A stretch of DNA of 64,000 nucleotides, from the NCBI RefSeq assembly GCF_006345805.1, contig NC_042999.1, positions 142,290,001 to 142,354,000 on the forward strand, written 5' to 3'. A program made the translations under genes and the position numbers. The notes below the pieces were generated by a model. It did no database searches. It was not told the DNA's origin and was given only the letters and a program-made list of their open reading frames with translations. Shown here piece by piece: positions 49,201 to 59,200 of this stretch. This DNA comes from Octopus sinensis (taxonomy: Eukaryota). Every line of letters begins with the position of its first letter. Position 1 is the stretch's first letter.

Positions 49201-52200
49201 GTTAACTTCAGCAGAATTTGAACTCAGAATGTAGCAATGGATGACATGCTGCTAAGCACTTCGCCTGGCATGCTAACGAATATTAGTAGTAATAATAATA
49301 ATAGTATTGTGGTATAAAAGATGGGCTACAACAAATATTCTGTAGTAAAGATTGTTTGCCAACATAACATGGCAGTCCTGGTTTAGGATTAATGTTGCTG
49401 TAATTTAGCCCTAGGAGACATTGTCTCCAGCTGGCTATATGACACGATCCGTGTCCTTACATTTTTGAACAAGGGAATCTAGCATCCCCAATCAGCTCAA
49501 AACAATATCTGTGTATCGCGAGAGGTGGCACTGCCAAATTCCCATTTGAAATATATAGTTATCAAAGTGACAACTAGTCACTGATTTATAATTTAGAAAA
49601 TTAGTATTTTTTAATCTCACAATGAGATATTCAGCAACAGTACTTTGTAGTAAAGATGTCTCCTGGGGCAAAATTACAGCAACATTAGTCCTAAAACAGG
49701 ACTGCTATGTTATATTGGCAAACAATCTTTACTACAAAGTACTGTTGCTGAATATCTTACATTGTGAGATTAAAAAATAGTAATTTTCTAAAGCAAATAT
49801 TCTGTTCAATACCACAGATTTGTCAGTTGCTTGACTTTAACCAGTTAAGCATGTCCCTTAGTGACTGACAATATGTATATCTCTGATCATGAGCAGTAGT
49901 TGGGGAGTATCATAGACATGTGTTGAGAGGAATTCTTTGGGGTTTGAATAATTCACCTCTGGAAACATGGGTGGTTCTTTCAACATCCTTAAATAAACCT
50001 TACACAGGAACCTTTTGAGTGGGATGGGCTATTTGACCCGAAGAAAATTCTAACTGGCTCCCACCTGCAAGGTCATGCACTGTTTCTCTTGATATGAGAT
50101 CACCATGTCATGCACATATGGTTGTGATGCATGTGCCTGACATTGGAAACTGGACATTGTAGTGGTAAATAAAAAAGAAAGCACACACACATAATGATTG
50201 ACATAGCATGTCCCAGTGACAACAGGATCAAAAGAAAGAAGAAGAAAAACTGAACAACTATGACAATTGAAAGTGGGGAAAAAATGGAGGTTGTGGTCAA
50301 TGGGGAGAGTAGACATGATACCAATAGAAACAGGTGCACTTGGAAGTATCAGCACTCAACTACCAACATGCTTAAAAAAGATTTGTGCAAGTGTGAAGGT
50401 AGAACTGCAAGAATTCTTTGTGGGGTTCTTGAAGCATGACTAATAAACTTAGTCTGCTGGCTCTGGACAGATGATACTTCCTATCATACCCAGCAAAATA
50501 AGCTGAGAGTTTTCATCAAATAATAACAATAATAATTATCTTATTTGCCAAGAAGCAACATTGAAACATGACTAAAACAACATTGTAATAAAAATGTTTA
50601 GCCTGTCACTCATAAAAGCTCTTTTATATGTACAGGTTATGTTTGGCGCATGACTTCAGGAGATCTAGAATATTTAGTTGGTTGCTATAGACTTCTTTAT
50701 AAAAGAAACTTGCAAGATGAGTATTTTAAGCTTTAAAATAAATTTCTCTTTTGTCTCATTTAACTTTGATAACAAAAATAGAAAAATAAAGTTTTTCAGT
50801 CAATGACTGAAAAATAATGGAGTAAAAAAAAAAATGAATAAAATAACAATAAAATAGGAAAAATAAAAGAGTAAAATGAAAAAAAACAACCTATAAACAT
50901 TTTTATCATTTCCAATTTTAACACAAAGCCACATATTTTTAGAGACAGTCATAGTCACAATTCAACCTATACTTGATTGGTGTTGCTATTTCAATAAGCT
51001 TCAAGAGGATGAAAGACAAAGTTAACATCAATGGGATTTGATCTCAAAATGTAGAGGGATGTAAGTAAATACTGTAACTTATTCAGGACACGGCTACCAT
51101 AGCTCTAGTTGATTCTACCATTGACTGTCCTAATAATAATTTCTAACATTAACACAAGACCACAAATGTTGCCAATTATATCAGTCTCTGTATTTGACTG
51201 GTACCTTTTTTTGTTGTACTTTACTGAGAAAGTAAAGGGACATTAGTAAATACCACACACCAGTTTATCTAATGCCCTACAATACTCTTATTTGCCACCA
51301 TCATTGTTGCTTGATGTCCATTTCCCATGCTAGTATGGGTTGGACAATTTGGCAGGAGCTGACAAGACGGAGGATTGCACCAAGCAACAATGTCTTCTTT
51401 AGCATGGTTTCTACAGGTCAAAGCCCTTCCTAATGTCTATCATTCAAAAAGTGTACTAGGTGTTTTTTACATGGCGCCGGCACAAGTGAGGTCATCAAGT
51501 AATTTGCAAAATAAGACCTCTCAACTGAAGTAGAAATGCGGTATTGATGGAAGTGGCTTTATGTCAGATGAGAGGTTAAAGTATGTTAGAGAGACAGAAA
51601 CAGGTGTCTTGCTGTAGAGGAGATACATGGGTACTCTGGTTGGAAAAAGAGAGATGATGGTAAAAGGCTGTCAGAGCATACCCTCAAGTTACAAGAAAGG
51701 TGAGACTAGAAGTGGTTCAGAAGACTGGACGAGGTGAACTGGCAGATTAAGTTATAACAAAGACACAAAATGTTCTAAGGATTTTACCAATCTATTGCCC
51801 TTATTTCTAATTTAGGTTTAAGGCCAGAAATGTTGATAGGAGGGGGTTAGTTCATTATATCAACCTCAGCACTGTACTAGTACTGTATTTTATCAACCCC
51901 TGAAAGATGAGAAACGAAGGTAGATCTTGATACGATTTGAACTCAGAATGTAAAGGCCCAGTGCAAATACCGCAAGGCTTTTTTTCTGATGCTCAAATGA
52001 TTCTTGTTTCTTTTCAGCCAAAGTAAAAGTAACCTGTCAAGGAAGTCGGACACTTCAAAGAAATCCAATAAATGTTTTGCTTTAATTACACAAAGGAGAT
52101 GTGGATTCAACAAACTACATCAAAGGCAATATGTCCAGAGGATCAGTAACTCAGAATAAAAATTAACACAAGGTAGAGGGCAGGCAGTACTAGAGGTATG

Positions 52201-55025
52201 GTGAAATACACCCAATCCATGCTATAAAGTGTTTTTTATCTATTATTATGTGTATCCAATGATGAAGGAACATGGCGATTTGCTGTACTTGAAAAGATAC
52301 ATCAAGCTAAGTAAAATCGCTTTCTTCCATGCATACATACATTTCCTTTCAGATACCAGTGCCACATAAAAAGCACCCAGCACACTCTTAAGTGGTTGGC
52401 TTTAGGAAGAACATCCAGCTATAGAAACCATATCACAACAGACAATAGGAGTCTGGACAGCACCCAGCTGACCAGCCCCATGTCAAACCATCCAGCTCAT
52501 GCCAGCATGGAAAACGGGTGTTAAACGATGATATGCAGTGCTGATAAAGGCCTGTCCAACTCATTCCAGCATGAAAAACAGAAACTGATGTAAATTATAA
52601 TGATGATGATGCATAGCATTATATTAACAATAACTTCTAACTTTAGCACAATTCAACACCTTCTGGGATTGGGAAGAGTTGATTAAATCAAAACCAGAAG
52701 TAGGCTAGTATTTATTTTATTGATGTTGGAAAGATGAAAGATAAATTTGATTCCTGTGTGATTTCATATCAGAACCTAAGGGAACATAAATACTGCAAAG
52801 ATTTAATACATGGCTCTACCAGTTCTGCAATCTAATATCCTTACTTCAATAAGGATGTTTTTAATTTAAGTGCAAGGTCATAGATCTTACAGGAAGTAAC
52901 GGTCAATAATATCACTCCCAGTGTCTGATTATTACATCACGCATCTCAGTGGTCATTATGTGCTTGAAACATCATCATTCAAATGTCCACTTTTCCATGT
53001 TTGCATGGCTTGGAAGTGAATTTTCTACAGCCAGACAACCTTCCTATCACCTGTTTCCAAGCAAAGTGATATTTCCCCAAGACTAGCCATGTTTACATGG
53101 AAGACTGGAAATGAAGAACAATTGCTTGCATGACAGTGACACTTGTTAACAACTACCAAGACTAGAAGACAGTAATGCACATACACGAGGATAGCAAACT
53201 GGCAGAATCATTAGCATGCCGGGCAAAATGCTTAGCGGTATTTCATTTGCCATTACGTTCTAAATCCAAATTCTGCCGAGGTCGACTTTGCCTTTCATCC
53301 TTTCGGGGTCGATTAAATAAGTTTTAGTTACACACTGGGATCAATGTAATCGACTTAACCCCTTTGTCTTTGTTTGTCCCCTCTATGTTTAGCCCCCCCC
53401 CCCCCACTGTGGGCAATAAAGAAATAAATAATGCAAACACACACATTCATATGAATACATGTATAAAAATATATGACATGCTTCTTTCAAGTTCTGTCTA
53501 CCAAATCCACTCACAAGGCTTTGGTCAACTTGGTGTTATAGTAGAAGACTCTTACCCAAGGTTGCCATGTAGTGGGACTGAACCCAAAACCATATGGTTG
53601 GAAAGCAAACCCCTTGCCATATAGCCACGTCTGAACAAAATATAACATGCAATGAAGTCTAAGTTCAAAATACATGAAGCACACTTCAAATATCAATATA
53701 ACATTGGAGCCAATGCAGGACCTTAGGTATGTCACTCCACATCTCATACAACTAGCATTAATAGCTCTGAAGTTCCATAAGTGGAATACTCATAGCTGGG
53801 TGGTAGCAAATTCAAGTAAAGAACCTGGTTTACAATACTTGGAGAACATCATCTACTTCTACAAACTGGATAGCTGTCACCCAGCACAACTCCTGCTAGA
53901 CCATTATACAAAACATAAAGGATGCTTCCATGCATTGTACAGTCTGCAACCCTACTACCTCTTAAATTGCAGCTGACCATTTTGGTCAAGAAGATTTCTA
54001 CCAATTTTGTGGACTCCTCTCTACTTTTCAAACACTTATCCTGCAAGAAGAGCCTCCACACTTGATGTCCACCAGTCATCCGACTTAGTACTCGAATTAA
54101 ATCTCCTCAAAAACTAGCCATTGCTACTTTGCTAGACTCACATTCCATGTACAAAAGCACCGCGCCCTTGATAACCCTTTCCCTGTAGTAATGCAATGAT
54201 GACTCAACGAAACAACTATCTTGATCTGCCATGTGCTGAATGCATTTTATTTTTTATTTTATTTATTTTTGTGAACATGTACAAAGTACATATTCACACC
54301 CATCTTACATCGAAGATGATAATACAAAATCAATCACATTTCTAGCGAGTATGTGTAATAATTAAAACGTGTCATCCCTGCTATCCGACAGACATCGAAA
54401 GTATAAACATTTTGCATAACTATTAAACCAGTACATACTTTTAAATCACTTTTATCACTTAAATCAGTACATACACCAACCAGCTGTACACAATGTTTTG
54501 ACAGAGAGAATACATCTGGTTCATTGCACAATAACACTACTTTCATACTCCCATTTGAAGAATTTATAAACAATCGGATTGGCAGTACCATTAGAGTCTG
54601 CAATATTTCCTTACGGTCCTTTATGTTCTGAGTTCAAAATCAAGTTTACCTATCATTCTTCCAGGGGTACATAAAATAAAGTATCAGTGAAGTACTAGGG
54701 TCAATTAAAAATGCCTATAAAGCATTCTAGATTTTAATAGAGCTATAATACAAGACTATGACTATAATCATCTGGTCTGTACGAGATTTCAATTTGTTCG
54801 ATAAAACCTTTAATAGCTATGCAGAAATTCTATAAAAACTCAATACAAAATATTGTGTAAAAGCTGTTTCTTATTCAGTCAGGTTTTTCTTTATATCCTT
54901 GCTCTAAAGACATGTATTAAATATTACTATATAGTATTTAGAAAATTAACATTACAAACTGTAGATACCTTTTAAAAATTTAAAATCTAGAAGTAATAAC
55001 ATTTTGGACTATTATTTATAAATAA

Positions 55026-55077
<52 letters not shown>

Positions 55078-56014
55078 CCATAGCTTAAATATATAACAAC
55101 GGACAGGACTTTTGAAATCAGCAACCCAAGAATTACCAAGTCATTGAGTAAAAAATATTAAGCTGACCAGAGTGAGGAGATCCTCGAAAGACGACTACCG
55201 TACCTCTTATCTCTCGATATCTTACTGTGATGTTATTAACAGATAGAATTTTCAATTCTTTTTAAAAAATATCTTAGCTTAGAATAATATCATACAAGCT
55301 GAGTTTTTTTTCTTTTTCTACTTTCAAACCTTCTTTAAGACATTCTTAGGCTACAAGATGTTTAATTAATATAACAAGAAAAGCATTCAAGTGCAAAGAA
55401 AACGAAAATTAACAGCATATTTCTTTTAGCTATTTCCATTAATGGGACAGTGATATATAGTTAAAATACTGTAATGAAAACTATCATTAAGGTGGCTATT
55501 AAACCCCCAAATCCGAGGACCCAAACCGGAGATGGCTAGCACTTGCAGCTTAAAAATTCTCCACTATCGAAGTAAATATGAAGGGGCAAATGCCGAATAT
55601 AAATATTAAAACATTTGAGAGAGATATACAATAAACTGTGAACAATAAAAAATAAAATGAAACAAAACTTTGAATAACTTTGTTAGAGTTCGAGGTATAT
55701 AAAAGGGTGGGGTAATTGGTCTATGACCCAAAATAGAGAACTATTTGCTTGGGGAAGCAGTTCTAAAAATCATTTTACATAAATAATTAGATATGCTAGC
55801 TACACTTTTTAATTTATTTTATTACAATTGATTTTAGAAAGACCTTATCAACTCACCAGAGGATAAGTTTTGCGTTTAAGTCATTCCGACAGGGAAAATG
55901 GGATTTTTTTACATCTTCTGGTTTTTCTTCATCGTCAGTCAGGAGCTGGGTGAAATTCCACCTGGTTAAGTCTGCAATGTCAACAACATCCTTTTTCTGT
56001 CCAAGGGGTTCCAT
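19911..56014 (-). CDS. GDAP2: Ganglioside-induced differentiation-associated protein 2 orthologue (macro domain + CRAL-TRIO domain), 12 coding exons, 1515 nt, 504 aa
   Basis: All introns are GT-AG and phase-compatible. Exon lengths 158+143+154+89+80+163+181+154+140+55+144+54 sum to 1515. The translation follows GDAP2 throughout (MEPLG..., LWKGD, HTVGP, RGYP, PLYFPR, IGNEEGEPVIPER, FYQTGVD, STWFFTTF, NGPRYY...DL*). Confidence 0.96.
20330..20900 (-). mobile_element. Highly degenerate mariner transposase remnant in the last GDAP2 intron
   Basis: The minus strand reads GPIVLNDNT*PHLA (compare mariner LLHDNARPH). Surrounding sequence is consistent but heavily mutated. Confidence 0.55.
21208..21412 (-). 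mobile_element. Short 3' fragment of the young CR1-type LINE
   Basis: Near-identical to 15042-15222, with a (TTA)n tail. Confidence 0.95.
21858..22001 (-). CDS. GDAP2: GDAP2 coding exon 11
   Basis: ISTWFFTTFTAPEIKTKICHLQGTDYLYAKMNTDQLDLPQWIFEYDVK; CAG/GTAAGA. Confidence 0.96.
22985..23039 (-). CDS. GDAP2: GDAP2 coding exon 10
   Basis: YKKNLVTFYIIHSNLWFK; TAG after a (TTG)n tract, GTAAGT donor. Confidence 0.93.
23732..23871 (-). CDS. GDAP2: GDAP2 coding exon 9
   Basis: VLQYIVQVMDSIADTKYSVIYLHTLTTVDNLAPTSFLKYAYNVLHD; CAG/GTGAGT. Confidence 0.95.
24662..24971 (+). mobile_element. Short RTE-LINE 3'-end copy (SINE-like), (GAT)n tail
   Basis: Matches the 3' UTR of the RTE at 36142-36450. Other copies lie at about 8248(-), 20905(+), 25076(-), 27905(-), 31498(+), 34368(-), 34990(+), 51300(-), 52360(+) and 60278(+). 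Confidence 0.85.
25529..25682 (-). CDS. GDAP2: GDAP2 coding exon 8
   Basis: YEKFLQKAKDENTSNIAHLRCFYQTGVDRLGRPVLVFIGKNLPVNHIDLEK; TAG/GTAAAC. Confidence 0.94.
26394..26675 (+). mobile_element. Short RTE-LINE 3'-end copy (SINE-like)
   Basis: GGCGTTAGGAAGGGCATCCAGC core, three GTGCC-ACC-GGCAC-type units, (GAT)n tail. Confidence 0.85.
28599..28779 (-). CDS. GDAP2: GDAP2 coding exon 7
   Basis: TQGKEFDETIDLN...VGRHPFAQMKEDKDKERL...EKVK; CAG/GTGAGT. Confidence 0.92.
29868..30030 (-). CDS. GDAP2: GDAP2 coding exon 6
   Basis: EVYQQLMPLYFPRNWKEE...IGNEEGEPVIPERKIRIIDKPAFAAL; TAG/GTAAGT. Confidence 0.96.
32247..32326 (-). CDS. GDAP2: GDAP2 coding exon 5
   Basis: RTVRRFLEKFGSNFETIIFVTADEEVM; CAG/GTAAGG. 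Confidence 0.95.
33752..33840 (-). CDS. GDAP2: GDAP2 coding exon 4
   Basis: EHNIQSVGICPIHSSQRGYPLIDGAHLAI; CAG/GTGAGT. Confidence 0.95.
34015..34350 (+). mobile_element. Degenerate RTE-LINE ORF C-terminal fragment
   Basis: Translates LHWMSSVGVH...DVLREGLDIGGVGCGIQEGRL, homologous to the C-terminal end of the 36807-37142 ORF. Confidence 0.7.
36142..37142 (-). mobile_element. 5'-truncated RTE-clade LINE (ORF C-terminus, 3' UTR, (GAT)n tail)
   Basis: ORF GCSESVTTRIRIAWAKFRKLLPLL...RLYDACVRIAMLHGCEIW...LERNE, followed by the same 3' UTR as the short copies. A second partial copy lies at 38761-39350. Confidence 0.92.
37619..37772 (-). CDS. GDAP2: GDAP2 coding exon 3
   Basis: GFKTGEARLSKGHKLLSRYVIHTVGPRYNVKYTTAAESALYNSYRNVLQVA; CAG/GTAAGT. 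Confidence 0.96.
37840..38760 (-). mobile_element. Chain of three head-to-tail tRNA-derived SINEs; the first is split by an RTE 3'-end copy (37894-38137, GGATC target duplication)
   Basis: Each unit reads, on the minus strand, TGGCAGAAT (A box), GAGTTCAAAT (B box), TTTGCCTTTCATCCTTTCGGGG core, and an ...AGAAAGGATTATTATT tail. Confidence 0.85.
40329..40471 (-). CDS. GDAP2: GDAP2 coding exon 2
   Basis: ttttcag|G KGDMLQLNVHAVVHPTNENF...AGPDMLTDINTNIR|GTCAGT. Confidence 0.95.
40550..40770. mobile_element. Probable piggyBac-like MITE
   Basis: The left end is TTAACCCTTTAGCA (TTAA plus CCC terminus). The right end is degenerate. Confidence 0.4.
40854..43940 (+). mobile_element. Gypsy LTR retrotransposon remnant (K02A2.6-like gag-pol), antisense in GDAP2 intron 1
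   Basis: Putative 5' LTR TG...TAACA (40854-41109) and PBS TGGCGACAAGG (41112). Zinc knuckle CYGCGGLYSRKECP, protease LQLDTSSDISII, RT start KELDRLEKSGII...WVAPTVCIKK, integrase HHCC remnant (QIH...CRGC) and WxRLHID. Interrupted at 41960-42216 and about 42990-43400. No 3' LTR was found. Confidence 0.9.
47960..49285 (-). mobile_element. Chain of four head-to-tail tRNA-derived SINEs; the last is split by an RTE fragment
   Basis: Units start at about 47960, 48178, 48411 and 48583. Each has the TCATCCTTT core and GAGTTCAAAT B box on the minus strand. Confidence 0.8.
48607..49092 (+). mobile_element. 5'-truncated RTE-type LINE of a second family
   Basis: KIWSSNLSRDFKLKIFKATVKPIQLYGSETWMLSKKLERQLDGTYTRLL...FAGHCFR, TGATGATGAT tail, and a TCTACT duplication in the host SINE. 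Confidence 0.9.
49343..49793. mobile_element. TSD-flanked insertion of a 305-bp unit plus an inverted junction-spanning copy, inside an unclassified repeat (about 49290-50130)
   Basis: CAAATATTCTG is duplicated at 49332-49342 and 49794-49804. The forward unit begins and ends with TGTAGTAAAGAT. 49656-49791 is the reverse complement of unit end joined to unit start. Confidence 0.85.
53190..53430 (+). mobile_element. tRNA-derived SINE, alternative-tail subfamily
   Basis: Same head and core as the chain SINEs but ends ...ATGTTTAGCCCC...TGTGGGCAATAAAGAAATA. Confidence 0.85.
55031..55076. repeat. (TA)23 microsatellite
   Basis: Perfect dinucleotide run. Confidence 0.95.
55857..56014 (-). CDS. GDAP2: GDAP2 coding exon 1
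   Basis: ATG at 56014; MEPLGQKKDVVDIADLTRW...HFPCRNDLNAKLILW; donor GTGAGT. Confidence 0.92.
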
Positions 56015-56479
56015 AATTGACAAAACTAATTTGAACAAGTTTTCCTTTTGACAGTTTTTTTTTCCTTTGTTTTTGTTTTTTCTTTTTAAAAAATGGGTAA
56101 CTTTCGATGCCGTCAATGTATGAAACTTGAACCACTTCTAATTTAAACAATAAAAAACGAAGTCATGAATGGATAGTTGCATATGAATAATTGAAGATAC
56201 TAAATTAAAAATTTAGAAAGTAAGTAAATAATAAAAATATTAATGTAACAACAGAGAATAAACAAGATAGTTGAAATTTATCGGCATCAAGTTATTTTAG
56301 TATATTTAGAAACTAAACTACAATATACATCCATATGCGACCATTTTTGTTGTAGAATAGAATGTCTACTAAATCTTTTGCCTTATCCAAATGATTTTAG
56401 GGAATAAGTAAATAGTAGGGTGTGAAAGACAGTGCTACTAAAGGTTGTAAATGAAGCAACCCAAGTTAAATATTTTAAG

Positions 56480-56760
56480 TCCACACCGCCATGTTTACCT
56501 CATGTGACTAATTGAACCTCCTTTAACGTCAAATTTCCGTGTTTACGATATTTTAAAAATTATTATTCTTGATAAAGCACAGTGATTATCGACAAATCAG
56601 CATATCAAAGATTTTATTATTACAAATTCTACAGCTAAGCATTTATTATAGCACAAGAAATTCTTTCTCAATACGCTTTACATTTGTCCTTTTTTTTTCA
56701 ACGTTGTAAGTGGCCACGCCTCTTGAGAAAATGTTCAGAGCGGTAAAGAATTCCGATACG
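56480..56760 (-). promoter_or_regulatory. Likely GDAP2 promoter and non-coding first exon region
   Basis: YY1-like AACATGGCGG (minus strand, 56495-56486), candidate donor AG|GTAAAC at 56499/56498, locally more CpGs, and a candidate acceptor ttttttattgtttaaattag at 56139-56138. The TSS itself is not determined. Confidence 0.45.
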
Positions 56761-57529
56761 AATGTCTTAAAGCATGCAATTGCTACAACGGCAAATCATG
56801 AAGTTGAGATTTTCATTTCTGTATAATGCATGTGTTGGTTACAAATATGATTAAAATCTAGTTTTCCGTTACTGTATATGGCTTTTGCTTGGAATGTATC
56901 ATGTATTCCCTATGAATAGTCGCACACGCATACATATTTACGTAAGGCATATGTATAGTTTGGCGTCCCAAACATTCATAAGGCATAGCTACAGTTTAAT
57001 GTCCCCAGGGTAATAACGTTATTAACGAAGGGAGGGGAAAGAACTGAAATTTCTTCTAAAAGATTTCCTTTTCCTAAATTTTATCAAGATCGATATCTAC
57101 ACCCTCCTAAATGTATCTCTCAAAATTTTTTTGAAAAATACTCTTTCAAAAGAGGTATAAAATTGGGGGCAAGTGTTTTCTACAATAGCTCTAGGCCGAC
57201 CAGTCTTGTGAGTACTTGTATAGATTTGTTCAACTAAAATTCTTCCAGCTAATGCCCCAACATATGCTATTCCAACTGTAAAGTGGTTGGAAGGGCATCC
57301 ATCCAAGGAAGCAATATCAAAGCCGACATTGAAATACAACACAGTCCTCTGAGTCACTGCATCTTGTCAAACTGGTCAACTCATCAGCATGGAAGACAGA
57401 CAGTAATGATATATATAGGTTATAAAATGAGATAGGGGTTGAATGGTGTATTAAAGTATTGATTGGGTATCATCTGATAGTTGATGTTTTATTGATTTAA
57501 GTATGTTTCTCCATTCTCTAATTTTGTAG

Positions 57530-57561
<32 letters not shown>

Positions 57562-57589
57562 GATAAAGATAGTTATGGCCAGTCTGTGG

Positions 57590-58980
57590 AGGTACCCAGG
57601 GTTTTGTGTCCATAAAGTGCTTAACTTTATGTCTTGTCAAACCCTAATGGCTGGTGGTTATAGGCCACTGACTCAACTGATGTTCATGAAACCAGTTAGA
57701 AAATATTACAAAGAACTGAGTATTGATGGTGTGTGTGGATATTCAGACAGTTGGCTGCAGAACTTTAAGAAGCATAAAAGTAAAATATCTGAAAATCCGT
57801 GGTGGAAAGGTTTTCTGCCGATTATGTTGGAGATGAAGGTTACATTGATGAATTTGCCAGTGCAGAAGAAATTTTCAATGCAGATAAAATACTCTACTGG
57901 TGCTATGTTCCTAGAAAAACATTAACAATTAGCGAGAGAACATCAACAGGTTTGAAAAATGCTAAGAATAGGGTGAGTATTCTTGCAAGTGCCAATACTG
58001 CAGGCACACACAAGTTCAAATTGGTGGTTGAAGTTGGAAAAAGGTAAAAACCAGGATGTTTTAAAGCTGCACAAAATATACCTATACATTATTGCACAAA
58101 TAAGAAGATATAAATGTTTACTAATTGGTTCAATACCCACTTTGTACCACTAGAAGTTTATGGTTGGCTCATTGTTGGGAAGCTGGGCTGGAAGAGAACT
58201 AAAATTTTATTGGTCCTAGACAACTGCTCAGTACACCACCTCCTGAACTTCTGAAAAATAATGTTTCTTATTTCTTTATTGCCCACAAGGGGCTAAACAT
58301 AGCGGGGACAAACAAGGACAGACAAAGGGATTAAGTCAATTACATCGACCCCAGTGTGTAACTGGTACTTAATTTATTGACCACAAAAGGATGAAAGGCA
58401 AAGCCGACCTCAGCGGAATTTGAACTCAGAATGTAACGGCAGGCGAAATACTACTAAGCGTTTCACCCAGCGTGCTAACGATTCTGCCAGCTTGCCGCCT
58501 TAATGTTTCTGGCATTTATTTTCTTCCCAGTGTGGCATCTTTAGTGCAGCCTTGTAAGCAAGATATTTTACTATTCATGAAAACCAAACTGTATGCTTGA
58601 TGCTGTCAAAAGAAGTGTAAGACTTCAAAACTTCCTTGTTGATGCTTGGGAAAATGTTACTAAATCAGCATTAAAAAATGCTTTGCCCAAACTTTGGCCT
58701 ACAACTATCTTCAATGAAAAGAAACATACCTTCAATGAAACTGAACCTCAAGTTGACTTTAAAAATTCTGTGTGAATGTTATCAGCTAAATGTATAAATA
58801 AGTTAGAAGCAGCTGAAATCAAAGAAGTGCTGAACATTGATATTACTGCACCAGTTGTGCATTCCTTGAATGATAGAGAAACGGCCGAAATGATTTTAAA
58901 TAAAGATCAACATGGAGACAGTGGTGATGAAAACAATGACATTGTGAACACAAGTGAAAGTGAGCAATCAGTTAAATGCT
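57590..58980 (+). mobile_element. pogo/Tigger (Jerky-like, DDE_1) transposase remnant
   Basis: YSDSWLQNFKKH (CENP-B HTH), EIFNADKILYW..VPRKTL, KNAKNRVSIL..ANTAGTHK, LVLDNC, and AWENVTKSALKNA..KLWP, in frameshifted pieces. Confidence 0.88.
58269..58500 (-). mobile_element. Full-length tRNA-derived SINE inserted in the Tigger remnant
   Basis: 10-bp TSD TAATGTTTCT at 58259-58268 and 58501-58510; A and B boxes present. Confidence 0.92.
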
Positions 58981-58994
58981 GGCATGGAATAACA

Positions 58995-59200
58995 TGCATC
59001 TGAAAGTACTGATGTGAATGACATGGCACACCTAGCAATTGTTGCAAGATACTGTGACAATGATTGTATTTATGAAGAATTATGTTGTTTGATTCCTCTT
59101 ACCAATACAACTACAGGACAGGACACTCCGACTGCATTTGTAAATTAATTTGAAAATCAAGCCATTAATATAAATAAAATATTTTGTATTACTACAAAAT
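58995..59200 (+). mobile_element. hAT (GTF2IRD2/SPIN-like) transposase fragment
   Basis: ESTDVNDMAHLAIVARYCD...EELCCLIPLTNTTTGQD matches the DESTD...QL...E......L...TTG pattern. Confidence 0.75.

Noticed and set aside
54334-54603. 89-aa minus-strand ORF in GDAP2 intron 1
   Set aside because: No good splice signals or domain similarity, and the GDAP2 frame is complete without it.
55165-55205. GTGAGGA-GATCCTC-GAAA hammerhead-like string
   Set aside because: Positions 3 and 8 are G-G and stem I does not pair.
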